From contig JAKATW010000138.1 of the NCBI GenBank assembly GCA_021827945.1, forward strand, positions 1-48,651: a DNA stretch of 48,651 nucleotides, given 5' to 3'. Source of the DNA: Thermoplasmata archaeon. Lineage in GTDB: Archaea; Thermoplasmatota; Thermoplasmata; Thermoplasmatales; GCA-001856825. A model generated the notes under the pieces. The model saw nothing but the letters and a program-made list of their open reading frames with translations. It was not told the DNA's origin and ran no database searches. Position 1 is the first letter of the stretch; each line of letters opens with the position of its first letter. The position numbers and the translations under genes were made by a program. This document shows positions 18,090 through 28,450 of this stretch, in pieces.

Positions 18090-19354
18090 AGAAATGGGGT
18101 AGAAGCAATTTGGCCGACAACGATTTTATCAATCAATATAAAAAGAGGTTCAGTGAATCGGTTCAGGGCAACGAGGAAGCAGATACCGAATTCAAAAACA
18201 GGATTGAACTCGAAAATGAAGTTCCAATAAAGGTAGCCCTAGAACTTCTAAAGAAATACTCTGGAGATTTGAACACATTCTTCCAGTCGATTCCTCTAAA
18301 GGACATCAAGGATGGATATCAGGGTAATGTGCTAGGAAACGTCACCTCGATAAGGTGTATTGATTACGAGAAGGAAGGAAATAAGAGGATTAGGTGTGTG
18401 GGAACTCTTGAGGACAAAACGGGCAAGATTTCATTCACCGAATTCCCTGAAGGTTCAAGCAAGATTTCCAAGGGGGATCTCATATTAATCATGAACGCAC
18501 CGGTAGGGAGTTATAATGACCGCCCATACCTGACAATATCTTCCAGAATGGAGATTAACGTTCTTGAGAAGTCCAACCTGAAAAGTGCAGCTGGAGAAAA
18601 CTTGAAGATAAGGGATCTCAAGCCGGATATGTACGACGTTACGATCAAAGGCACTCTGAGATCGACGAGATCAAAGGAGAATGTGGGAAAGGACTCCGTG
18701 ACACTGTACTCTGGAATCCTGAACGATGAATCAGGGAATGTATCTGTCCAGAGCTGGGGAATACCACTAACAGATGGGGTGGTTGAAATCAAGGGAGCTT
18801 CTGTCAAGCAGTTTAAGGAAAGATTGTACCTTCAGATCGGGAAAGGTACAAAAATAATAGTTGTTTCAAGGGAAAGCGGCCAGTTTGAGAACTTGGAACA
18901 ACTTGCAGGTTCTCAGAATGGGACTGCGAAAGGAGACGGCATAATTCTCAAGATAATGGACAAGAATCTCGTGGTCTCGGTCTGCACGGTCTGTCAGAGG
19001 GTTGCAAAGGAAGGCAAGTGCTTAAATCATCCAGACGCACCGATTGAGAGAATACTTCGCTTATCGATGATTGTAGACGATGGATTTTACTCCCCTCTGG
19101 TCTATGTATACCAGAAGGTGATGGAACGGTATGTATCGGGAGGAAAAGAAACCATCAAGAGGGCGATAGCGAACGGCAAGGAAATAGAAGTGCTCGAGGA
19201 GCTGAAGCGGAAGGTCGTTATGAAACCTGTACAGTTCGTTATATATGGATTCAGAGGAACTTCTGGAACATACATGGAGGCACAAGAGTTGAACATACTA
19301 GACGATAAGGCGATAGGAGAAGAGTACCAGAAAGTGACAGAGGGATTGAGATGA
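18086..19354 (+). CDS. rpa: Replication protein A, large subunit (OB folds + zinc finger)
   Basis: Tandem OB folds (LEDKTGKI, LNDESGNV), CTVC...C..H zinc finger, VDDG. Confidence 0.8.
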   Translation: MKKWGRSNLADNDFINQYKKRFSESVQGNEEADTEFKNRIELENEVPIKVALELLKKYSGDLNTFFQSIPLKDIKDGYQGNVLGNVTSIRCIDYEKEGNKRIRCVGTLEDKTGKISFTEFPEGSSKISKGDLILIMNAPVGSYNDRPYLTISSRMEINVLEKSNLKSAAGENLKIRDLKPDMYDVTIKGTLRSTRSKENVGKDSVTLYSGILNDESGNVSVQSWGIPLTDGVVEIKGASVKQFKERLYLQIGKGTKIIVVSRESGQFENLEQLAGSQNGTAKGDGIILKIMDKNLVVSVCTVCQRVAKEGKCLNHPDAPIERILRLSMIVDDGFYSPLVYVYQKVMERYVSGGKETIKRAIANGKEIEVLEELKRKVVMKPVQFVIYGFRGTSGTYMEAQELNILDDKAIGEEYQKVTEGLR

Positions 19355-20130
19355 AGCAGAGAGAGCCAGCCGTTAGAATCAGCACTCCCGAGCTGCTCGG
19401 TATGGACGAAATTTACAAGGAAGAGGGAGAAGATGGAACTACCTATGGTCTCTCCGAGCTCGGATTGCTTGTGAACAGATTCCTGTTAGTGGGAAAATTT
19501 GTAGGGAAGTCTGATGAGGACGAGCGCTCCATACTAAGAGTGAAAGATAGCTTCAACGAAGTTTCGCTCTATGTCGGGTCTTACTACTCAGACAGTCTGG
19601 AACTACTGGAGGAGCTCACAGAGAGTGATAATGTTCTCGTTGTAGGCAAGGTCTCAATTTCAAGCGCACAGTCGCAGTTTTCCAAGAGGTTCTACCTAGA
19701 AAACATATCAAGGATATCGGAACTGGAAAGAAAGTATTTAGAAGCTAAGGCTGTTCAATTCCTTAGCGATAGAGTCAAGAAAATCTCGAGAGCGATCTCT
19801 TCGGGAATCAAGGAAAAAGAGGAATTATCTACCCTTTTGAACTCTGAAAAGAACGGAATCGGACTCAGCAGACGGTTCGAGCTAAAGGGATCTATTGATG
19901 TAGAGAAATTCTCAGATCAGGTAAACATCTTCCTTCAAAGCGTGAACAAGAGTAACAGGGACAGCATACTGAAAGAGATCAAGAACTACCGGGAAATTTC
20001 CATGGATGAGATAGCAGACAAGTTTGATGGCAAAATACCGAGAGAAGAATTAGAGAATGAGATACGGGACCTTATGAACGATGGTGAGATAATGGAGATA
20101 AAAACGGGAATCTACCGATACGTCCCTTAA
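19351..20130 (+). CDS. RPA-associated protein (OB fold + C-terminal wHTH)
   Basis: REPAVR N-terminus, VNRFLLVG, LVVGK, C-terminal LMNDGEIMEIKTG; overlaps rpa stop (ATGA). Confidence 0.7.
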   Translation: MKQREPAVRISTPELLGMDEIYKEEGEDGTTYGLSELGLLVNRFLLVGKFVGKSDEDERSILRVKDSFNEVSLYVGSYYSDSLELLEELTESDNVLVVGKVSISSAQSQFSKRFYLENISRISELERKYLEAKAVQFLSDRVKKISRAISSGIKEKEELSTLLNSEKNGIGLSRRFELKGSIDVEKFSDQVNIFLQSVNKSNRDSILKEIKNYREISMDEIADKFDGKIPREELENEIRDLMNDGEIMEIKTGIYRYVP

Positions 20131-20131
20131 A

Positions 20132-21613
20132 TCAATGTCTAAACGCCCTTTCCTTTACTTCTATGAAAGTAAGTAGCTTCTTGTTAGCATAGTCTATGAC
20201 TTCCGCATCACGGATTGACCCCATCGGAGCGGCAATGTTCTTTATGCCGTAATCGTCAATCAACTCCAACGAGTCCGCAAAAGGAAAGAAGCCGTCAGAG
20301 ACCAGGACCGCTGAAGGGCCAATTCTACCAGAGTCCTTTGCCTTATTGAGAGCTAACCTGACCGAATCGACCCTGTTGGGTTGCCCTCCACCTGAGGACA
20401 GGAGCCATCCGTCTTTCACGATAGCTACCGCATTGCTCTTAATTGATTTGGCTACTTCCCATCCAAAAAGCATGTCTTTCAATAGCACCTCGTCAGGTGA
20501 CCCGCTCCGTATTTCATACGAAAGGTCTGACCTCTTATTCCATTCCTGAACCAGTATTATATTTCCAGCACTCCTGACGTCGGGAACAGAGTAGACGTCA
20601 TCACGTCCCTTCAAGAGCCTTAGGTTTTTCTTTTTATCTAGCCGCTCATAGGCTTCCCTCTCATAGTCCCTTGCAATAATGACTTCGAGGAATTTGTCTT
20701 TGAGAAAAGAGGCGTGCTCCGAATTTACGAGTCCGTTGTAGGCGAGGATTCCTCCATAGGCCGATACGGAATCGGTATCATATGCTCTTTCGATTGAGTG
20801 AGATCCAGTGGCAGCTCCGCAGGGAGAGGCATGCTTTACCACGGAGGATGATCCTCTTTCTAACCTAAGCACAAGTTCCCAAGCTGCCCATGCATCTATG
20901 ATATTGTTAAAGCTGACTTCCTTGCCTTTCTTCAGAATCTCGAAGAAAGGGGGATACATGGCGTACGAATGAGCGGATTGATGTGGGTTTTCTCCGTACC
21001 TCAACCTTTCATATTCTCTCCCCCCCGTAACGAAGATCTCTCCTAATCCATCAAGCCACTGAGAGATCGCATAGTCATAGTACGAAGTCAGTCTGAAGGT
21101 CTCTCCTGCCAGAGATCTCCTCAGTTCCGACGGGATCTCTCCATCCTTCATGGTGCTCATTACATTATCCATTGACGCCCTGCCCGGTACCACCACGACC
21201 CGTTGATAATTCTTGGCAGCTGCCCTCAGCATAGTGACTCCTCCGATATCAATGAATTCTACAAGATCCTCTGCCCCTTTGAGAAAAGAACCGAGAAAAT
21301 CATACAGTTCGACGTATACCAAATCTATTGGCAAGTAACCGAACTTCTCGAGATCACCGTCATTCCTGTCTTTCGCCAATAGTCCTGCTAGGAGTGATGC
21401 CGACAGTGTCTTCACCCTGCCTCCCAGAATCTCTGGATTTCCGGTCAATTTCTCGACGCTTTCGCACGATATTCCATGGCTCTCCAGATACGACCTTGTC
21501 CCAGACGTGCCAAAGATCTTGAACTTGTTAGATGACAAGAAAGATCCAATTCTTTCAAGTCCTTCCTTATTCGAGACCGAGATTATTGCATTTCTACCTT
21601 CTTCGGTTCTCAC
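20132..21613 (-). CDS. purH: Bifunctional AICAR transformylase/IMP cyclohydrolase
   Basis: ISVSNK, GGRVKTL, IDIGGVTMLRAAAKN, LRYGENPHQ, KH..PCG, KSNA, SDGFFPF, RAFRH. Confidence 0.95.
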   Translation of the reverse strand: MRTEEGRNAIISVSNKEGLERIGSFLSSNKFKIFGTSGTRSYLESHGISCESVEKLTGNPEILGGRVKTLSASLLAGLLAKDRNDGDLEKFGYLPIDLVYVELYDFLGSFLKGAEDLVEFIDIGGVTMLRAAAKNYQRVVVVPGRASMDNVMSTMKDGEIPSELRRSLAGETFRLTSYYDYAISQWLDGLGEIFVTGGREYERLRYGENPHQSAHSYAMYPPFFEILKKGKEVSFNNIIDAWAAWELVLRLERGSSSVVKHASPCGAATGSHSIERAYDTDSVSAYGGILAYNGLVNSEHASFLKDKFLEVIIARDYEREAYERLDKKKNLRLLKGRDDVYSVPDVRSAGNIILVQEWNKRSDLSYEIRSGSPDEVLLKDMLFGWEVAKSIKSNAVAIVKDGWLLSSGGGQPNRVDSVRLALNKAKDSGRIGPSAVLVSDGFFPFADSLELIDDYGIKNIAAPMGSIRDAEVIDYANKKLLTFIEVKERAFRH

Positions 21614-21718
21614 GACTCTGATATCATCGGACTGTATTAAACTGTTTTTTCAAACCTTTGGTAAGTTTCTGATATATAAGTAAAATAACAAAAATTTTAA
21701 TCGTAAAAAGAAATCTTA

Positions 21719-22936
21719 GTGAATATGGTGGAAACCGTAATGCCTAGGAATATAGTCGTTGAATCTCTGCCTCAGGCCCTAGTTGAGGAGAGAGAAGTCG
21801 AAATTGTAGAACGAAAGGGAATCGGTCATCCCGATTCCGTATCTGACGGAATTGCTGAGGCAGTAAGCAGATCTCTATCTAAATACTACATTGAAAACTA
21901 CGGCAGAATACTGCATCACAACACCGACCAGGTAGAAGTGGTTGGAGGTCAATCTCAACCAGAATTCGAGGGTGGAACCATTCTTGAACCGGTATACATT
22001 CTGCTTTCAGGAAGGGCAACCACAACCGTGAATGGGAAGAGGATTCCTTACAGGAGCATCGCAATAAAGGCAGCTTCTGACTTCCTTAGAAACAGGTTTG
22101 ATACCCTGAACATCGAAAGCGACGTCATGATAGACTGTAGAATTGGCCATGGATCAATAGATCTGAGGTCTCTGTACGATACGACAAAGCTACTATCAAA
22201 CGATACTTCATTCGGGGTAGGTTTTGCCCCGTATTCGGAAACGGAACGGGCAGTCATGAGGGCAGAAAACTATATCAATTCTGACCTGAAAAGAACAATT
22301 CCGGCACTTGGATACGACGTCAAAGTCATGGGATTCAGGAAGAACGACACAATCAACCTGACAATAGCCGCAGCGATGGTTGGTAAGTACATCAAGAACG
22401 GAGAGGATTATGTCGATAAAAAGGAGAGGGCAAGAGAGCTTATAGAGAAGTACGTTCAAAAGGAATCAAAGCGCGAAATAAGGGTCTCGGTCAACACAGC
22501 AGATAATCCGAAAGAAAAACTCTACTACCTTACGGTTACAGGACTCTCTATGGAGAATGGAGACGACGGATCTGTAGGGAGAGGAAACAGAGTCACTGGT
22601 CTGATAACGCCATACAGGCCTATGAGCATGGAGGCAGCTGCAGGCAAGAACCCAGTGACGCACGTCGGGAAGCTCTACAATCTAGCTGCAATGAAAATTG
22701 CAGAACAGTGCATAAAGGAATCAAGCGGAGAAGTCCCGGAAATACACGTAAGAATCGTATCACAGATTGGAAGGCCCATAGACGATCCTCACGTAGCAAA
22801 TCTCCAGATTGTTGGCACAAACGAACAGACATCAAAGAAATACACCAAAGACTTTACCCGAATAGCAGACGACTGGCTGGCCAATCTGAACAGAATAACA
22901 AAGATGTTGGTCGCGGGGGAAATAAACACATTCTGA
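21719..22936 (+). CDS. mat: S-adenosylmethionine synthetase, archaeal type
   Basis: [54 protein letters not shown]. Confidence 0.95.
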   Translation: MNMVETVMPRNIVVESLPQALVEEREVEIVERKGIGHPDSVSDGIAEAVSRSLSKYYIENYGRILHHNTDQVEVVGGQSQPEFEGGTILEPVYILLSGRATTTVNGKRIPYRSIAIKAASDFLRNRFDTLNIESDVMIDCRIGHGSIDLRSLYDTTKLLSNDTSFGVGFAPYSETERAVMRAENYINSDLKRTIPALGYDVKVMGFRKNDTINLTIAAAMVGKYIKNGEDYVDKKERARELIEKYVQKESKREIRVSVNTADNPKEKLYYLTVTGLSMENGDDGSVGRGNRVTGLITPYRPMSMEAAAGKNPVTHVGKLYNLAAMKIAEQCIKESSGEVPEIHVRIVSQIGRPIDDPHVANLQIVGTNEQTSKKYTKDFTRIADDWLANLNRITKMLVAGEINTF

Positions 22937-22942
22937 AAACCC

Positions 22943-23392
22943 ATGTTCGTCCAGTTCAGATTGTTCAATCCTTCCCAACTTGGTGAAGTAATTGAGATAG
23001 CCAAGAAGAATCTGACGGAGAGATATAACGACTTTGTGTTCCTAGACATACAGAGGTCGTGGCCATCCGGATTCATCCTGGGAATGTCTGATCAGACAAT
23101 AGCTGGATTCATATGTGGTGGAATATCCGGTGAGAAAGAGGCAAGAATTCTCATGCTCGCCGTCGATACTCCATTCAGACGGAACGGTATAGGAACTGGC
23201 TTGATGTCTCTCTTTGAACAGGAGGCTGTCAATGTCAAGGTGAGCAGGGTGAAACTCGAAGTCAGAACGGACAATACCGATGGAATCAATTTCTACAGGA
23301 ATCACGGATACTCTGTTTCCAGCCTGCTTCCGTCATATTACAACGATGGCTTTGACGCTTACGTGATGGAGAAACCCCTGGTCAAACCCTGA
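22943..23392 (+). CDS. rimI: RimI/Ard1-like GNAT N-acetyltransferase
   Basis: LAVD..RRNGIG, LEVR..N..AI-like, FY..GY, YY.DG.DAYVM. Confidence 0.8.
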   Translation: MFVQFRLFNPSQLGEVIEIAKKNLTERYNDFVFLDIQRSWPSGFILGMSDQTIAGFICGGISGEKEARILMLAVDTPFRRNGIGTGLMSLFEQEAVNVKVSRVKLEVRTDNTDGINFYRNHGYSVSSLLPSYYNDGFDAYVMEKPLVKP

Positions 23393-23433
23393 CAGTTTCA
23401 CTATTTGAAAACCTGATCCTTGTTCGTTTCCGA

Positions 23434-23820
23434 TTACCTTCCCCTCAAATGATTTTCTCGAAATTTTTCATTCGCAATATGATACCTTTTTATCATCCAC
23501 CTCAGCAGGGGAATCTGAGGAATGAAAGGAATGAGGTAAAAAGTGTAGAGTGGAAATCCTAGGTACATGAAGGATAGTTGAGGGAGGAAAAGGAGGAATA
23601 GCCAGTAAGGGTTGCTTTTTCCACCGTAATACCAGAAAGCGACAGGTGGAGCGAAAAGGAGAAGAACAAGGGTATCGAGAAACACTTGAAAGACATAGTA
23701 GGAAAGGGGCAATCCACCGACATAGAATAGCTGGTTTACAAGAATAGCGGCATATACTAAAACGGAAGTCAACAGTACGGAATATAAATAGATCGGGGCT
23801 TTCCTGCTATCAGTGATCAT
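23434..23820 (-). CDS. Hypothetical membrane protein
   Basis: 128 aa with 3-4 hydrophobic segments; GGTGA upstream. Confidence 0.6.
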   Translation of the reverse strand: MITDSRKAPIYLYSVLLTSVLVYAAILVNQLFYVGGLPLSYYVFQVFLDTLVLLLFAPPVAFWYYGGKSNPYWLFLLFLPQLSFMYLGFPLYTFYLIPFIPQIPLLRWMIKRYHIANEKFRENHLRGR

Positions 23821-23939
23821 TCATTTTCATTTCACCATAGGAGAACGGACTAATAGCGTTAACTGTGGTAATTGCCTGGCACAGTCCACTCTAAAAGTGA
23901 CCACAGTTCAGACATTGACTCTCTGTTCAGGGGGTATAG

Positions 23940-24719
23940 CTAGACCGCGAAATCATCCTCTTCCAGTTTAATTTCTGGAACAGGAGCTGTAGTTCCGTCT
24001 TTCTTCAGTATCTTGACCCATATGTTTCCAAATGGGATCTCCTGGTTTAGCTCTATCCTGCGGTAGTATGCCAGGAAGAGTGCAGATTGAAAGACGTTGA
24101 TAACATCATCTGGAGTTTGCTCCAAAATTGACTCCATTGTGAAGTGATCCTTCTTGGACTGGAGCATTCTCTTCCATACCTCCCCTATGATTACCTGGAA
24201 ATCCTCAGGATGAGCCGTCTCCTGGAATATGATCCTCTTTGCTTTTCTGACGGTATTTCTCAGCAGGCTCAGGGGAGTGTTCTTTATCGCTTCAACGATG
24301 TCTTCTATCGTAACGTTTCTCTTCTCAACTGGCAGATAGCCCAGAGAGATGTCAGGAACGGGCAGTTCCTCCTGGCCCACCTCAAGTGGTTCGTCCGTGA
24401 ATTCCTCGGGCTCTTCTGGCTGTGGCAGCAGCAGCTCGCTCTTGTTCCTTATGTTGATCCATGCAAAGTAGACTATCTTGCCTGCTACTGGGAAATCCCT
24501 GAAATATTGATTGACTTCGTTCAGGAAGATTGATGTGAATTTCTCAAGATCGATGTTCCAGGGGTCAAGACCGTATTTATCGACGACCTCCAGTACCTTG
24601 AGGATCACCTCCGCTCTCTTGTTTTCAATTTCTGGAGATATCTCCTCCTCCATTATCTTCTCTATCACTGCCTGATCTCTGTTCTTGTTGAGTATCTCAG
24701 CTACCAGCTCTGTGCTCAT
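23940..24719 (-). CDS. scpA: Segregation and condensation protein A (kleisin)
   Basis: LDPWNIDL N-motif, F.SALFLA...IELNQEIPFGNI C-motif; translationally coupled to smc. Confidence 0.88.
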   Translation of the reverse strand: MSTELVAEILNKNRDQAVIEKIMEEEISPEIENKRAEVILKVLEVVDKYGLDPWNIDLEKFTSIFLNEVNQYFRDFPVAGKIVYFAWINIRNKSELLLPQPEEPEEFTDEPLEVGQEELPVPDISLGYLPVEKRNVTIEDIVEAIKNTPLSLLRNTVRKAKRIIFQETAHPEDFQVIIGEVWKRMLQSKKDHFTMESILEQTPDDVINVFQSALFLAYYRRIELNQEIPFGNIWVKILKKDGTTAPVPEIKLEEDDFAV

Positions 24720-27700
24720 GTTGTTGCCACCTCCTCTCTCTGTTCCAGTTCCTTAGTGAACACCGTACTGTTCTTGTCCTGGTAAGTGACTCCAATTATC
24801 TGGTGTGCATACTTCATCGTTGCCTTTCTGAGAGTCACAGCAATGATCTGTGCCGTCTCGGAATTTCGTCTGAATAGTCTCCCAACATTCTCTGCATTCA
24901 CGCCGTCTAAGAACATATCAACCTCGTCCATGAAGTAGATCGGTGACGGGTCGTAGTTCTGTATAGCTATTATCAGCGAGAGGGCGGCAATGCTCTTTTC
25001 TCCTCCACTCAGGGAGGCGAGATTGTCCAATTTCTTCCCCTTGGAGGATGCTTTTATCATCAGCCCTCCCTGGAAAGGATTTGTCACGTTCTCCAGAAGG
25101 AGATATCCCTCTCCTCCGTTCGTGAGTTCCTTGTAAATGTCTATGAAATTCTTGTTGACTGCCTCGAATACCTCCAGGAACACCACTTTCTTCTGCTCTT
25201 CTAGCTTTCCTTCAAGCTCACCGAGCCTCTTCATCTCCCCGTCGAGGCGATCTCTTTTTCCGATCAGTTCGTCCAGCCTTGCCTTTTCCTCTGCGTAATC
25301 ATTTATGCTTTTGAGATTGATGGGTTCCATCTCATGAAGCTGGTTTTCCAGCCTGTTCATTTCCTTCTTTATCTCTTCGATTGACCTCTGATCCTCAATG
25401 ATCTCGAACTTTTTCTCCGCTATTGTCTTATCAAGTTCGGTTATTCTCTGAGAGGCATCTTCCATCTTTGCTTGAAGTGACAGCAAGAAATCCATTTTTG
25501 TCTTCTTGATCGTAGTCTTTGAGTCCACTTCAGACCTTATCTTGAATCTCTCGTTGGTGATATTCTCTATCTCCTCTCCCCTCTTCTTGAGTTTGCCTTC
25601 CTTTGATTGATAGACGGACATTAGAGTGTCTAGCTCTCCTTTCACTCTTTGGAGCGAGCCCTGCATATCATCAGATGACTTCTTTCCCTTTGCAAACTCG
25701 TCCTGCTTGGCCTCTATGGATTCTTCCACAGAGTCATGGTTCGCTTTCAGACCACTCAATGTCATCTTCTGTTCGTTTAGGATTGCGAGCTTTTGTTCGA
25801 CCTCATTCTTCAGGTCACTCAGCTTCTGCTTCATCATTCTTATTTCTTCTCTCGTCTTCTTGTCCATTGCCCTGTCTTTCTCTGTGTTCAGCTTCTCAAT
25901 TTGTGAATTTATTGAAACAAGTTCTGAATTTATCTGGTCGATCGCACCCGTCTCTGCCTGCTCATCCTTCGTACCTATTTCGAGCAACTTCCTCCTCTCG
26001 TCCAAGTACCCCTTCTTCTTTCTGAGTTGTTCCTCGAGCTCCTTCTTTCTGCTGAGAATTTGGGTGAACTCGCCCTCGCTCTTCCCGACCTCAACGTGCG
26101 CCTTGTTAATTTTTTCTGCGAGACCTCTGAGCTCGTTTTCCAAGAGTGAAAGTTCGTTTCTTATCTCTACCCTTCTTCCCTTGAGTGCAGACAGTTTTGC
26201 GGTAAGTCCTTCAAGGTCCTTCCCGACCTCTCTCTTTGGAAGCATGCCTCCCGTCATGGCATTGCTCGGGTCTATGAGATCACCGTCGAGAGTAACAATT
26301 CTGACTCCACCCATAACTTCCCGAGCGACCTTCATGTCCCTGACAAGGAGAGTATCGGAAAAGACGTAGCTGACAATGTCCTTCATAGATTCGTCTGCAG
26401 AGACCTTCTCAGAGAGGAAGCCCATCGTAGACTTATCCTGTGCCAGCATGACTGCCTTCCCTCTGGGTCTCAGTGGTATGATCTTGTTGAGCGGCAGGAA
26501 TGTCAGTCTTCCCTTTCCCTTCCTCTTTAGGGTTTCGATTGCTGATTGAGCGTCTTCGTCTCTCTCCACCACGATGCTGAAGAGCCTGTTACCTCCTGCA
26601 GCCCTGACGGCTTTTTCGTTATCTGGTAAGTATGATATCAGTGAATCAACGGTGCCCCTTATTCCCTTCAGGTTTCCATTTGCGGATTCCACATTTATGA
26701 AATTTATACTCTCCCATACTCCAGAGAGTTTGACCCCCTGGACTTTTCCGACTTCACTCTCAGACTTCTCGATCTGCGTAGTGATTTCCTCTTCATCTCT
26801 TCTCATCTGCTCTATTTTCTTCTTCGTTTCCAGGTAGAGTTTGTTGAAATCTTCTCCCTGGGGGTTTGCTTTTTTGAGGTTTTTGGATCTCCAGTCTGCG
26901 TCCTTGATCGAAAACTCCAGATTGGCGATTTCCTCTTCAATCTTGGAAATCTCCTCCATTATTCCCGAATTCCTGGCCTGGATCGATGACATGTTTGATT
27001 TGTGCTTGGCCAGCTCGTTGAGCGTATTCTCTTTCTGCTTGTTTACTTCATTCATTGCCTTGGTCAGGTCCTCGAACTTGTCAACCGAAGTGGCAGACTT
27101 GTTTTCCATATCCTGGATGCTGAGCTCCAATTCCTTGAGTTCGTCATTCTTTAACTTTAAATCATCCTCAAGTCCCTTGACCTTGGATTCAGCCTGTCTG
27201 ACCTCATTCTCCAGTTTCTTCTTTCTTGCAGTGAGCTCTGATATCTCCTTCTTGATCTGGGAGATCGTCCCATGGAGATTCTCGTGCTCCATGTTGATCT
27301 TTGCATAATTGATCTTGCTTGCATCAAGATCGTTCTTTATCCTCTGGAATTCCTCAAGCTCCTTGTTGTTTTCCTTGAGAATCTCTATCTTCTTGTCCAA
27401 CTCGTCCCCCTTTGATATCAGTTGCTTTATCTTTTCGTCTGCGGAGTTTACTTCTCCATTAATCTTATCCATTTGCTCTTTTATCGTTGATATCTCGCTC
27501 TCTGTATCGCCTTTCTTCCTGTACAGGAGGATCGATTCGTCTTTCTCAATTTCTCTTTTCTTTGAAAGGTATGCCTCTGCCTGCTCCTTTTCCTTTGTAA
27601 GAAGTTCCACCCTTCCGGACAGTTCTGTTACCAGCGCCTGAACGGTCACCATGTTCTCCCTTGTCTTGTCCTTCTCGTTGTTCGCTTTCTCTATTTCATT

Positions 27701-28237
27701 GTTGTAGACCGAAATCCCTCCGACCTCTTCCAGAATACCTCTCCTTTCTAGGGGAGTCATTTCCACTATCCCGGTGATATCTCCCTGCCTGACAAAATTG
27801 TAACCATCTGCGAATATCTTGACCTTTTCGAGAAAGTATTCAAAGTCCTGAAGTCTGGCTCTATCGTCGTTGATGTAGTAGTAAGAGGAGTAGTCCTGAT
27901 CGTTGTTCTCAGAAAGCTTCACCATCCTTGTAAATGTGACTTCATTTGCATCCAGAGGTACGAGCTTGTCGGTGTTATCGAACGTCACGCTCGCCTTGAG
28001 ATAAGGAGAAGGTTTTCCCGATTGATTTCGGTGTATGAGGTCTGTCAACTTCTGGGCCCTGAGTGATTTGTTGCTCTTTGTACCGAGGACAAACAATAGC
28101 GCATCGCCTATGTTGCTCTTACCCGAGGCATTAGGTCCAGTGACAGACGTATAACCTGATCTAAAATCTATGACTGTCTTTCTTCCAAACGACTTGAAAT
28201 TCTCCATTTCAATTCTTTTTAGGAACATTTTTACCAC
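24716..28237 (-). CDS. smc: Chromosome segregation protein SMC
   Basis: ENFKSF, GPNASGKSN, QG Q-loop, coiled coils, hinge (GRLTFLPL, VTLDGD), LSGGEKS, MDEVD; ATG 28228 is the likely start. Confidence 0.97.
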   Translation of the reverse strand: MVKMFLKRIEMENFKSFGRKTVIDFRSGYTSVTGPNASGKSNIGDALLFVLGTKSNKSLRAQKLTDLIHRNQSGKPSPYLKASVTFDNTDKLVPLDANEVTFTRMVKLSENNDQDYSSYYYINDDRARLQDFEYFLEKVKIFADGYNFVRQGDITGIVEMTPLERRGILEEVGGISVYNNEIEKANNEKDKTRENMVTVQALVTELSGRVELLTKEKEQAEAYLSKKREIEKDESILLYRKKGDTESEISTIKEQMDKINGEVNSADEKIKQLISKGDELDKKIEILKENNKELEEFQRIKNDLDASKINYAKINMEHENLHGTISQIKKEISELTARKKKLENEVRQAESKVKGLEDDLKLKNDELKELELSIQDMENKSATSVDKFEDLTKAMNEVNKQKENTLNELAKHKSNMSSIQARNSGIMEEISKIEEEIANLEFSIKDADWRSKNLKKANPQGEDFNKLYLETKKKIEQMRRDEEEITTQIEKSESEVGKVQGVKLSGVWESINFINVESANGNLKGIRGTVDSLISYLPDNEKAVRAAGGNRLFSIVVERDEDAQSAIETLKRKGKGRLTFLPLNKIIPLRPRGKAVMLAQDKSTMGFLSEKVSADESMKDIVSYVFSDTLLVRDMKVAREVMGGVRIVTLDGDLIDPSNAMTGGMLPKREVGKDLEGLTAKLSALKGRRVEIRNELSLLENELRGLAEKINKAHVEVGKSEGEFTQILSRKKELEEQLRKKKGYLDERRKLLEIGTKDEQAETGAIDQINSELVSINSQIEKLNTEKDRAMDKKTREEIRMMKQKLSDLKNEVEQKLAILNEQKMTLSGLKANHDSVEESIEAKQDEFAKGKKSSDDMQGSLQRVKGELDTLMSVYQSKEGKLKKRGEEIENITNERFKIRSEVDSKTTIKKTKMDFLLSLQAKMEDASQRITELDKTIAEKKFEIIEDQRSIEEIKKEMNRLENQLHEMEPINLKSINDYAEEKARLDELIGKRDRLDGEMKRLGELEGKLEEQKKVVFLEVFEAVNKNFIDIYKELTNGGEGYLLLENVTNPFQGGLMIKASSKGKKLDNLASLSGGEKSIAALSLIIAIQNYDPSPIYFMDEVDMFLDGVNAENVGRLFRRNSETAQIIAVTLRKATMKYAHQIIGVTYQDKNSTVFTKELEQREEVATT

Positions 28238-28450
28238 CGTATGACACTTGTCTGTTATATGGCATCAATATGTCATACTTTATATATATAGTTTTCCGTT
28301 ATTTCTCACCTAGCTATGATATATATTCCAGCGGATTTGATTGCATCACGAAATTGAAAATTTTGCCCTTTTTCTGATAATGTTATATCTTGGCTGACAA
28401 CTATCATTCATGAAGAGGTATGTGACCGCGAGTTATACATCAAGCGTCCC

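Noticed and set aside
25603..27641. Long Ser/Phe-rich plus-strand ORFs
   Set aside because: Antisense shadows of the Lys/Glu-rich SMC coiled coil; the same applies to other overlapping short ORFs in the track.
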